In this document: positions 41,563 through 53,720 of the stretch, piece after piece
Numbering within the stretch: position 1 is the stretch's first letter
Layout: each line of letters starts with the position of its first letter
Assembly (NCBI GenBank): GCA_964057225.1
Contig: OZ059899.1
Coordinates: 496,001-560,000, forward strand
Reading direction: 5' to 3'
From: Auanema rhodensis
Lineage: Eukaryota > Animalia > Nematoda
Length of the DNA stretch: 64,000 nt
Notes under the pieces: model-generated
What the model was told of the DNA's origin: nothing
The model's database searches: none
The model's input: only the letters and a program-made list of their open reading frames with translations
Translations under genes and position numbers: made by a program

Positions 41563-44202
41563 AGACTAATATGGACATGGGGAATCTAATTTTGAAAACC
41601 GCATCTCTTTATCTTTCACGTGAAGCGAGTTACATACCAAGTGCACATCACGTGTACATTTAATTAGCATAAATTAAAGTTCACGTAAATTTCAAAGTCA
41701 TGATTACCATGAACTAATATCAATAAAAATTTGTTTTTAGACTAATATGGACATGGGGAATCTAATTTTGAAAACCGCATCTCTTTATCTTTCACGTGAA
41801 GCGAGTCACATACCAAGTGCACATCACGTGTACATTTAATTAGCATAAATTAAAGTTCACGTAAATTTCAAAGTCATGGTTACCATGAACCAATATCAAT
41901 AAAAATTTGTTTTTAGACTAATATGGACATGGGGAATCTAATTTTGAAAACCGCATCTCTTTATCTTTCACGTGAAGCGAGTTACATACCAAGTGCACAT
42001 CACGTGTACATTTAATTAGCATAAATTAAAGTTCACGTAAATTTCAAAGTCATGGTTACCATGAACCAATATCAATAAAAATTTGTTTTTAGACTAATAT
42101 GGACATGGGGAATCTAATTTTGAAAACCGCATCTCTTTATCTTTCACGTGAAGCGAGTTACATACCAAGTGCACATCACGTGTACATTTAATTAGCATAA
42201 ATTAAAGTTCACGTAAATTTCAAAGTCATGGTTACCATGAACCAATATCAATAAAAATTTGTTTTTAGACTAATATGGACATGGGGAATCTAATTTTGAA
42301 AACCGCATCTCTTTATCTTTCACGTGAAGCGAGTTACATACCAAGTGCACATCACGTGTACATTTAATTAGCATAAATCAAAGTTCACGTAAATTTCAAA
42401 GTCATGGTTACCATGAACCAATATCAATAAAAATTTGTTTTTAGACTAATATGGACATGGGGAATCTAATTTTGAAAACCGCATCTCTTTATCTTTCACG
42501 TGAAGCGAGTTACATACCAAGTGCACATCACGTGTACATTTAATTAGCATAAATTAAAGTTCACGTAAATTTCAAAGTCATGGTTACCATGAACCAATAT
42601 CAATAAAAATTTGTTTTTAGACTAATATGGACATGGGGAATCTAATTTTGAAAACCGCATCTCTTTATCTTTCACGTGAAGCGAGTTACATACCAAGTGC
42701 ACATCACGTGTACATTTAATTAGCATAAATCAAAGTTCACGTAAATTTCAAAGTCATGGTTACCATGAACCAATATCAATAAAAATTTGTTTTTAGACTA
42801 ATATGGACATGGGGAATCTAATTTTGAAAACCGCATCTCTTTATCTTTCACGTGAAGCGAGTTACATACCAAGTGCACATCACGTGTACATTTAATTAGC
42901 ATAAATTAAAGTTCACGTAAATTTCAAAGTCATGGTTACCATGAACCAATATCAATAAAAATTTGTTTTTAGACTAATATGGACATGGGGAATCTAATTT
43001 TGAAAACCGCATCTCTTTATCTTTCACGTGAAGCGAGTTACATACCAAGTGCACATCACGTGTACATTTAATTAGCATAAATTAAAGTTCACGTAAATTT
43101 CAAAGTCATGGTTACCATGAACCAATATCAATAAAAATTTGTTTTTAGACTAATATGGACATGGGGAATCTAATTTTGAAAACCGCATCTCTTTATCTTT
43201 CACGTGAAGCGAGTTACATACCAAGTGCACATCACGTGTACATTTAATTAGCATAAATTAAAGTTCACGTAAATTTCAAAGTCATGGTTACCATGAACCA
43301 ATATCAATAAAAATTTGTTTTTAGACTAATATGGACATGGGGAATCTAATTTTGAAAACCGCATCTCTTTATCTTTCACGTGAAGCGAGTTACATACCAA
43401 GTGCACATCACGTGTACATTTAATTAGCATAAATTAAAGTTCACGTAAATTTCAAAGTCATGGTTACCATGAACCAATATCAATAAAAATTTGTTTTTAG
43501 ACTAATATGGACATGGGGAATCTAATTTTGAAAACCGCATCTCTTTATCTTTCACGTGAAGCGAGTTACATACCAAGTGCACATCACGTGTACATTTAAT
43601 TAGCATAAATTAAAGTTCACGTAAATTTCAAAGTCATGGTTACCATGCACCAATATCAATAAAAATTTGTTTTTAGACTAATATGGACATGGGGAATCTA
43701 ATTTTGAAAACCGCATCTCTTTATCTTTCACGTGAAGCGAGTTACATACCAAGTGCACATCACGTGTACATTTAATTAGCATAAATTAAAGTTCACGTAA
43801 ATTTCAAAGTCATGGTTACCATGAACCAATATCAATAAAAATTTGTTTTTAGACTAATATGGACATGGGGAATCTAATTTTGAAAACCGCATCTCTTTAT
43901 CTTTCACGTGAAGCGAGTTACATACCAAGTGCACATCACGTGTACATTTAATTAGCATAAATTAAAGTTCACGTAAATTTCAAAGTCATGGTTACCATGA
44001 ACCAATATCAATAAAAATTTGTTTTTAGACTAATATGGACATGGGGAATCTAATTTTGAAAACCGCATCTCTTTATCTTTCACGTGAAGCGAGTTACATA
44101 CCAAGTGCACATCACGTGTACATTTAATTAGCATAAATTAAAGTTCACGTAAATTTCAAAGTCATGGTTACCATGCACCAATATCAATAAAAATTTGTTT
44201 TT

Positions 44203-44321
44203 AGACTACTTTTGACTGTTTTTAGACCCATCACGTGTACATTTAATTAGCATAAATTAAAGTTCACGTAAATTTCAAAGTCATGGTTACCATGCACCAA
44301 TATCAATAAAAATTTGTTTTT
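44203..44321 (+). repeat. 119-bp deletion monomer, copy 6
   Basis: Identical deletion and filler junction. Confidence 0.95.
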
Positions 44322-45553
44322 AGACTAATATGGACATGGGGAATCTAATTTTGAAAACCGCATCTCTTTATCTTTCACGTGAAGCGAGTTACATACCAAG
44401 TGCACATCACGTGTACATTTAATTAGCATAAATTAAAGTTCACGTAAATTTCAAAGTCATGGTTACCATGAACCAATATCAATAAAAATTTGTTTTTAGA
44501 CTAATATGGACATGGGGAATCTAATTTTGAAAACCGCATCTCTTTATATTTCACGTGAAGCGAGTTACATACCAAGTGCACATCACGTGTACATTTAATT
44601 AGCATAAATTAAAGTTCACGTAAATTTCAAAGTCATGGTTACCATGAACCAATATCAATAAAAATTTGTTTTTAGACTAATATGGACATGGGGAATCTAA
44701 TTTTGAAAACCGCATCTCTTTATCTTTCACGTGAAGCGAGTTACATACCAAGTGCACATCACGTGTACATTTAATTAGCATAAATTAAAGTTCACGTAAA
44801 TTTCAAAGTCATGGTTACCATGAACCAATATCAATAAAAATTTGTTTTTAGACTAATATGGACATGGGGAATCTAATTTTGAAAACCGCATTTCTTTATC
44901 TTTCACGTGAAGCGAGTTACATACCAAGTGCACATCACGTGTACATTTAATTAGCATAAATTAAAGTTCACGTAAATTTCAAAGTCATGGTTACCATGCA
45001 CCAATATCAATAAAAATTTGTTTTTAGACTAATATGGACATGGGGAATCTAATTTTGAAAACCGCATCTCTTTATCTTTCACGTGAAGCGAGTTACATAC
45101 CAAGTGCACATCACGTGTACATTTAATTAGCATAAATTAAAGTTCACGTAAATTTCAAAGTCATGGTTACCATGAACCAATATCAATAAAAATTTGTTTT
45201 TAGACTAATATGGACATGGGGAATCTAATTTTGAAAACCGCATCTCTTTATCTTTCACGTGAAGCGAGTTACATACCAAGTGCACATCACGTGTACATTT
45301 AATTAGCATAAATTAAAGTTCACGTAAATTTCAAAGTCATGGTTACCATGAACCAATATCAATAAAAATTTGTTTTTAGACTAATATGGACATGGGGAAT
45401 CTAATTTTGAAAACCGCATCTCTTTATCTTTCACGTGAAGCGAGTTACATACCAAGTGCACATCACGTGTACATTTAATTAGCATAAATTAAAGTTCACG
45501 TAAATTTCAAAGTCATGGTTACCATGCACCAATATCAATAAAAATTTGTTTTT

Positions 45554-45672
45554 AGACTACTTTTGACTGTTTTTAGACCCATCACGTGTACATTTAATTA
45601 GCATAAATTAAAGTTCACGTAAATTTCAAAGTCATGGTTACCATGAACCAATATCAATAAAAATTTGTTTTT
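45554..45672 (+). repeat. 119-bp deletion monomer, copy 7
   Basis: Identical deletion and filler junction. Confidence 0.95.
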
Positions 45673-46000
45673 AGACTAATATGGACATGGGGAATCTAAT
45701 TTTGAAAACCGCATCTCTTTATCTTTCACGTGAAGCGAGTTACATACCAAGTGCACATCACGTGTACATTTAATTAGCATAAATTAAAGTTCACGTAAAT
45801 TTCAAAGTCATGGTTACCATGAACCAATATCAATAAAAATTTGTTTTTAGACTAATATGGACATGGGGAATCTAATTTTGAAAACCGCATCTCTTTATCT
45901 TTCACGTGAAGCGAGTTACATACCAAGTGCACATCACGTGTACATTTAATTAGCATAAATTAAAGTTCACGTAAATTTCAAAGTCATGGTTACCATGAAC

Positions 46001-46031
46001 CGAAGTCTAAAAACAAATTTTTATTGATATT
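46001..46031. other. Satellite inversion junction
   Basis: The + arm ends ...CCATGAACC (monomer position 153) at 46001. A 2-bp filler GA follows, then the - arm starts at monomer position 5 (AGTCT). A 30-bp asymmetric spacer (46002-46031) separates the inverted arms. Confidence 0.95.
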
Positions 46032-46097
46032 GGTTCATGGTAACCATGACTTTGAAATTTACGTGAACTTCAATTTATGCTAATTAAATGTACACGT

Positions 46098-46276
46098 TTG
46101 AACGGGTTTATTGTTCGAATCACAGGTTATAAGTTCGAATCACAGGTTATAAGTTCGAATCACAGGTTATAAGTTCGAATCACAGGTTATACGTTCGAAT
46201 CACAGGTTATACGTTCGAATCACAGGTTATAGGTTCGAATCACAGGTTATAAGTTCGAATCACAGGTTATAAGGTT
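46098..46276 (-). repeat. 179-bp minisatellite insertion, copy 6 (8 units)
   Basis: Reverse complement of the insertion, flanked by CACGT; lacks the 19-bp unit. Confidence 0.95.
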
Positions 46277-48393
46277 CACGTGATGTGCACTTGGTATGTA
46301 ACTCGCTTCACGTGAAAGATAAAGAGATGCGGTTTTCAAAATTAGATTCCCCATGTCCATATTAGTCTAAAAACAAATTTTTATTGATATTGGTTCATGG
46401 TAACCATGACTTTGAAATTTACGTGAACTTTAATTTATGCTAATTAAATGTACACGTGATGTGCACTTGGTATGTAACTCGCTTCACGTGAAAGATAAAG
46501 AGATGCGGTTTTCAAAATTAGATTCCCCATGTCCATATTAGTCTAAAAACAAATTTTTATTGATATTGGTTCATGGTAACCATGACTTTGAAATTTACGT
46601 GAACTTCAATTTATGCTAATTAAATGTACACGTGATGTGCACTTGGTATGTAACTCGCTTCACGTGAAAGATAAAGAGATGCGGTTTTCAAAATTAGATT
46701 CCCCATGTCCATATTAGTCTAAAAACAAATTTTTATTGATATTGGTGCATGGTAACCATGACTTTGAAATTTACGTGAACTTTAATTTATGCTAATTAAA
46801 TGTACACGTGATGTGCACTTGGTATGTAACTCGCTTCACGTGAAATATAAAGAGATGCGGTTTTCAAAATTAGATTCCCCATGTCCATATTAGTCTAAAA
46901 ACAAATTTTTATTGATATTGGTTCATGGTAACCATGACTTTGAAATTTACGTGAACTTTAATTTATGCTAATTAAATGTACACGTGATGTGCACTTGGTA
47001 TGTAACTCGCTTCACGTGAAAGATAAAGAGATGCGGTTTTCAAAATTAGATTCCCCATGTCCATATTAGTCTAAAAACAAATTTTTATTGATATTGGTGC
47101 ATGGTAACCATGACTTTGAAATTTACGTGAACTTTAATTTATGCTAATTAAATGTACACGTGATGTGCACTTAGTATGTTACTCGCTTCACGTGAATGAT
47201 AAAGAGATGCGGTTTTCAAAATTAGATTCCCCATGTCCATATTAGTCTAAAAACAAATTTTTATTGATATTGGTGCATGGTAACCATGACTTTGAAATTT
47301 ACGTGAACTTTAATTTATGCTAATTAAATGTACACGTGATGTGCACTTGTTATGTAACTCGCTTCACGTGAAAGATAAAGAGATGCGGTTTTCAAAATTA
47401 GATTCCCCATGTCCATATTAGTCTAAAAACAAATTTTTATTGATATTGGTGCATGGTAACCATGACTTTGAAATTTACGTGAACTTTAATTTATGCTAAT
47501 TAAATGTACACGTGATGTGCACTTGGTATGTAACTCGCTTCACGTGAAAGATAAAGAGATGCGGTTTTCAAAATTAGATTCCCCATGTCCATATTAGTCT
47601 AAAAACAAATTTTTATTGATATTGGTTCATGGTAACCATGACTTTGAAATTTACGTGAACTTTAATTTATGCTAATTAAATGTACACGTGATGTGCACTT
47701 GGTATGTAACTCGCTTCACGTGAAAGATAAAGAGATGCGGTTTTCAAAATTAGATTCCCCATGTCCATATTAGTCTAAAAACAAAATTTTATTGATATTG
47801 GTGCATGGTAACCATGACTTTGAAATTTACGTGAACTTTAATTTATGCTAATTAAATGTACACGTGATGTGTACTTGGTATGTAACTCGCATCACGTGAA
47901 AGATAAAGAGATGCGGTTTTCAAAATTAGATTCCCCATGTCCATATTAGTCTAAAAACAAATTTTTATTGATATTGGTTCATGGTAACCATGACTTTGAA
48001 ATTTACGTGAACTTCAATTTATGCTAATTAAATGTACACGTGATGTGCACTTGGTATGTAACTCGCTTCACGTGAAAGATAAAGAGATGCGGTTTTCAAA
48101 ATTAGATTCCCCATGTCCATATTAGTCTAAAAACAAATTTTTATTGATATTGGTGCATGGTAACCATGACTTTGAAATTTACGTGAACTTTAATTTATGC
48201 TAATTAAATGTACACGTGATGTGCACTTGGTATGTAACTCGTTTCACGTGAAAGATAAAGAGATGCGGTTTTCAAAATTAGATTCCCCATGTCCATATTA
48301 GTCTAAAAACAAATTTTTATTGATATTGGTTCATGGTAACCATGACTTTGAAATTTACGTGAACTTCAATTTATGCTAATTAAATGTACACGT

Positions 48394-48591
48394 TTGAACG
48401 GGTTTATTGTTCGAATCACAGGTTATAAGTTCGAATCACAGGTTATAAGTTCGAATCACAGGTTATAAGTTCGAATCACAGGTTATACGTTCGAATCACA
48501 GGTTATACGTTCGAATCACAGGTTATAGGTTCGAATCACAGGTTATAGTTCGAATCACAGGTTATAAGTTCGAATCACAGGTTATAAGGTT
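48394..48591 (-). repeat. 198-bp minisatellite insertion, copy 7
   Basis: Reverse complement, 9 units, flanked by CACGT. Confidence 0.95.
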
Positions 48592-51500
48592 CACGTGATG
48601 TGCACTTGGTATGTAACTCGCTTCACGTGAAAGATAAAGAGATGCGGTTTTCAAAATTAGATTCCCCATGTCCATATTAGTCTAAAAACAAATTTTTATT
48701 GATATTGGTTCATGGTAACCATGACTTTGAAATTTACGTGAACTTTAATTTATGCTAATTAAATGTACACGTGATGTGCACTTGGTATGTAACTCGCTTC
48801 ACGTGAAAGATAAAGAGATGCGGTTTTCAAAATTAGATTCCCCATGTCCATATTAGTCTAAAAACAAATTTTTATTGATATTGGTGCATGGTAACCATGA
48901 CTTTGAAATTTACGTGAACTTTAATTTATGCTAATTAAATGTACACGTGATGTGTACTTGGTATGTAACTCGCTTCACGTGAAAGATAAAGAGATGCGGT
49001 TTTCAAAATTAGATTCCCCATGTCCATATTAGTCTAAAAACAAATTTTTATTGATATTGGTTCATGGTAACCATGACTTTGAATTTTACGTGAACTTCAA
49101 TTTATGCTAATTAAATGTACACGTGATGTGCACTTGGTATGTAACTCGCTTCACGTGAAAGATAAAGAGATGCGGTTTTCAAAATTAGATTCCCCATGTC
49201 CATATTAGTCTAAAAACAAATTTTTATTGATATTGGTGCATGGTAACCATGACTTTGAAATTTACGTGAACTTTAATTTATGCTAATTAAATGTACACGT
49301 GATGTGCACTTGGTATGTAACTCGCTTCACGTGAAAGATAAAGAGATGCGGTTTTCAAAATTAGATTCCCCATGTCCATATTAGTCTAAAAACAAATTTT
49401 TATTGATATTGGTTCATGGTAACCATGACTTTGAAATTTACGTGAACTTCAATTTATGCTAATTAAATGTACACGTGATGTGCTCTTGGTATGTAACTCG
49501 CTTCACGTGAAAGATAAAGAGATGCGGTTTCCAAAATTAGATTCCCCATGTCCATATTAGTCTAAAAACAAATTTTTATTGATATTGGTGCATGGTAACC
49601 ATGACTTTGAAATTTACGTGAACTTTAATTTATGCTAATTAAATGTACACATGATGTGCACTTGGTATGTAACTCGCTTCACGTGAAAGATAAAGAGATG
49701 CGGTTTTCAAAATTAGATTCCCCATGTCCATATTAGTCTAAAAACAAATTTTTATTGATATTGCTTCATGGTAACCATGACTTTGAAATTTACGTGAACT
49801 TTAATTTATGCTAATTAAATGTACACGTGATGTGCACTTGGTATGTAACTCGCTTCACGTGAAAGATAAAGAGATGCGGTTTTCAAAATTAGATTCCCCA
49901 TGTCCATATTAGTCTAAAAACAAATTTTTATTGATATTGGTGCATGGTAACCATGACTTTGAAATTTACGTGAACTTTAATTTATGCTAATTAAATGTAC
50001 ACGTGATGTGCCCTTGGTATGTAACTCGCTTCACGTGAACGATAAAGAGATGCGGTTTTCAAAATTAGATTCCCCATGTCCATATTAGTCTAAAAACAAA
50101 TTTTTATTGATATTGGTTCATGGTAACCATGACTTTGAAATTTACGTGAACTTTAATTTATGCTAATTAAATGTACACGTGATGTGCACTTGGTATGTAA
50201 CTCGCTTCACGTGAAAGATAAAGAGATGCGGTTTTCAAAATTAGATTCCCCATGTCCATATTAGTCTAAAAACAAATTTTTATTGATATTGGTGCATGGT
50301 AACCATGACTTTGAAATTTACGTGAACTTTAATTTATGCTAATTAATGTACACGTGATGTGCACTTGGTATGTAACTCGCTTCACGTGAAAGATAAAGAG
50401 ATGCGGTTTTCAAAATTAGATTCCCCATGTCCATATTAGTCTAAAAACAAATTTTTATTGATATTGGTTCATGGTAACCATGACTTTGAAATTTACGTGA
50501 ACTTTAATTTATGCTAATTAAATGTACACGTGATGTGCACTTGGTATGTAACTCGCTTCACGTGAAAGATAAAGAGATGCGGTTTTCAAAATTAGATTCC
50601 CCATGTCCATATTAGTCTAAAAACAAATTTTTATTGATATTGGTTCATGGTAACCATGACTTTGAAATTTACGTGAACTTTAATTTATGCTAATTAAATG
50701 TACACGTGATGTGCACTTGGTATGTAACTCGCTTCACGTGAAAGATAAAGAGATGCGGTTTTCAAAATTAGATTCCCCATGTCCATATTAGTCTAAAAAC
50801 AAATTTTTATTGATATTGGTGCATGGTAACCATGACTTTGAAATTTACGTGAACTTTAATTTATGCTAATTAAATGTACACGTGATGTGCACTTGGTATG
50901 TAACTCGCTTCACGTGAAAGATAAAGAGATGCGGTTTTCAAAATTAGATTCCCCATGTCCATATTAGTCTAAAAACAAATTTTTATTGATATTAGTTCAT
51001 GGTAACCATGACTTTGAAATTTACGTGAACTTTAATTTATGCTAATTAAATGTACACGTGATGTGCACTTGGTATGTAACTCGCTTCACGTGAAAGATAA
51101 AGAGATGAGGTTTTCAAAATTAGATTCCCCATGTCCATATTAGTCTAAAAACAAATTTTTATTGATATTGGTTCATGGTAACCATGACTTTGAAATTTAC
51201 GTGAACTTCAATTTATGCTAATTAAATGTACACGTGATGTGCTCTTGGTATGTAACTCGCTTCACGTGAAAGATAAAGAGATGCGGTTTCCAAAATTAGA
51301 TTCCCCATGTCCATATTAGTCTAAAAACAAATTTTTATTGATATTGGTGCATGGTAACCATGACTTTGAAATTTACGTGAACTTTAATTTATGCTAATTA
51401 AATGTACACATGATGTGCACTTGGTATGTAACTCGCTTCACGTGAAAGATAAAGAGATGCGGTTTTCAAAATTAGATTCCCCATGTCCATATTAGTCTAA

Positions 51501-53522
51501 AAACAAATTTTTATTGATATTGGTTCATGGTAACCATGACTTTGAAATTTACGTGAACTTTAATTTATGCTAATTAAATGTACACGTGATGTGCACTTGG
51601 TATGTAACTCGCTTCACGTGAACGATAAAGAGATGCGGTTTTCAAAATTAGATTCCCCATGTCCATATTAGTCTAAAAACAAATTTTTATTGATATTGGT
51701 TCATGGTAACCATGACTTTGAAATTTACGTGAACTTTAATTTATGCTAATTAAATGTACACGTGATGTGCACTTGGTATGTAACTCGCTTCACGTGAAAG
51801 ATAAAGAGATGCGGTTTTCAAAATTAGATTCCCCATGTCCATATTAGTCTAAAAACAAATTTTTATTGATATTGGTGCATGGTAACCATGACTTTGAAAT
51901 TTACGTGAACTTTAATTTATGCTAATTAATGTACACGTGATGTGCACTTGGTATGTAACTCGCTTCACGTGAAAGATAAAGAGATGCGGTTTTCAAAATT
52001 AGATTCCCCATGTCCATATTAGTCTAAAAACAAATTTTTATTGATATTGGTTCATGGTAACCATGACTTTGAAATTTACGTGAACTTTAATTTATGCTAA
52101 TTAAATGTACACGTGATGTGCACTTGGTATGTAACTCGCTTCACGTGAAAGATAAAGAGATGCGGTTTTCAAAATTAGATTCCCCATGTCCATATTAGTC
52201 TAAAAACAAATTTTTATTGATATTGGTGCATGGTAACCATGACTTTGAAATTTACGTGAACTTTAATTTATGCTAATTAAATGTACACGTGATGTGCACT
52301 TGGTATGTAACTCGCTTCACGTGAAAGATAAAGAGATGCGGTTTTCAAAATTAGATTCCCCATGTCCATATTAGTCTAAAAACAAATTTTTATTGATATT
52401 AGTTCATGGTAACCATGACTTTGAAATTTACGTGAACTTTAATTTATGCTAATTAAATGTACACGTGATGTGCACTTGGTATGTAACTCGCTTCACGTGA
52501 AAGATAAAGAGATGAGGTTTTCAAAATTAGATTCCCCATGTCCATATTAGTCTAAAAACAAATTTTTATTGATATTGGTTCATGGTAACCATGACTTTGA
52601 AATTTACGTGAACTTTAATTAATGCTAATTAAATGTACACGTGATGTGCACTTGGTATGTAACTCGCTTCACGTGAAAGATAAAGAGATGCGGTTTTCAA
52701 AATTAGATTCCCCATGTCCATATTAGTCTAAAAACAAATTTTTATTGATATTGCTTCATGGTAACCATGACTTTGAAATTTACGTGAACTTTAATTTATG
52801 CTAATTAAATGTACACGTGATGTGCACTTGGTATGTAACTCGCTTCACGTGAAAGATAAAGAGATGCGGTTTTCAAAATTAGATTCCCCATGTCCATATT
52901 AGTCTAAAAACAAATTTTTATTGATATTGGTTCATGGTAACCATGACTTTGAAATTTACGTGAACTTTGATTTATGCTAATTAAATGTACACGTGATGTG
53001 CACTTGGTATGTAACTCGCTTCACGTGAAAGATAAAGAGATGCGGTTTTCAAAATTAGATTCCCCATGTCCATATTAGTCTAAAAACAAATTTTTATTGA
53101 TATTGGTGCATGGTAACCATGACTTTGAAATTTACGTGAACTTTAATTTATGCTAATTAAATGTACACGTGATGTGCACTTGGTATGTAACTCGCTTCAC
53201 GTGAAAGATGAAGAGATGCGGTTTTCAAAATTAGATTCCCCATGTCCATATTAGTCTAAAAACAAATTTTTATTGATATTGGTGCATGGTAACCATGACT
53301 TTGGAATTTACGTGAACTTTAATTTATGCTAATTAAATGTACACGTGATGTGCACTTGGTATGTAACTCGCTTCACGTGAAAGATGAAGAGATGCGGTTT
53401 TCAAAATTAGATTCCCCATGTCCATATTAGTCTAAAAACAAATTTTTATTGATATTGGTGCATGGTAACCATGACTTTGAAATTTACGTGAACTTTAATT
53501 TATGCTAATTAAATGTACACGT

Positions 53523-53720
53523 TTGAACGGGTTTATTGTTCGAATCACAGGTTATAAGTTCGAATCACAGGTTATAAGTTCGAATCACAGGTTATAAGTT
53601 CGAATCACAGGTTATACGTTCGAATCACAGGTTATACGTTCGAATCACAGGTTATAGGTTCGAATCAAAGGTTATAGTTCGAATCACAGGTTATAAGTTC
53701 GAATCACAGGTTATAAGGTT
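53523..53720 (-). repeat. 198-bp minisatellite insertion, copy 8
   Basis: Reverse complement, 9 units, one unit with a CAAAG substitution, flanked by CACGT. Confidence 0.95.

Larger units (their letters stand above)
33300..44800 (+). repeat. About 5.7-kb tandem segmental duplication inside the array
   Basis: Variants recur at offset 5694: TACTATG, CTGATT (33661/39355), ACCACATC, the deletion monomer (35750/41444) and GAGTCAC. The offset then becomes 5870 (deletion monomer 38333/44203; TTATATTT). Boundaries are approximate. Confidence 0.8.
1..46001 (+). repeat. 176-bp satellite array, forward arm (257 monomers plus a 153-bp partial)
   Basis: AGACTAATATGG recurs every 176 bp (1, 177, ...). 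Arm length 46001 minus 5x203 (insertions) plus 7x57 (deletions) equals 257x176+153 exactly. Most monomers differ from consensus by only 0-4 substitutions. Confidence 0.99.

Noticed and set aside
46001-46031. Fold-back chimeric read artefact as the explanation of the inversion
   Set aside because: The flanks are not mirror copies: they carry different variants, with an insertion on one side and a deletion on the other. Read confirmation is still advisable.
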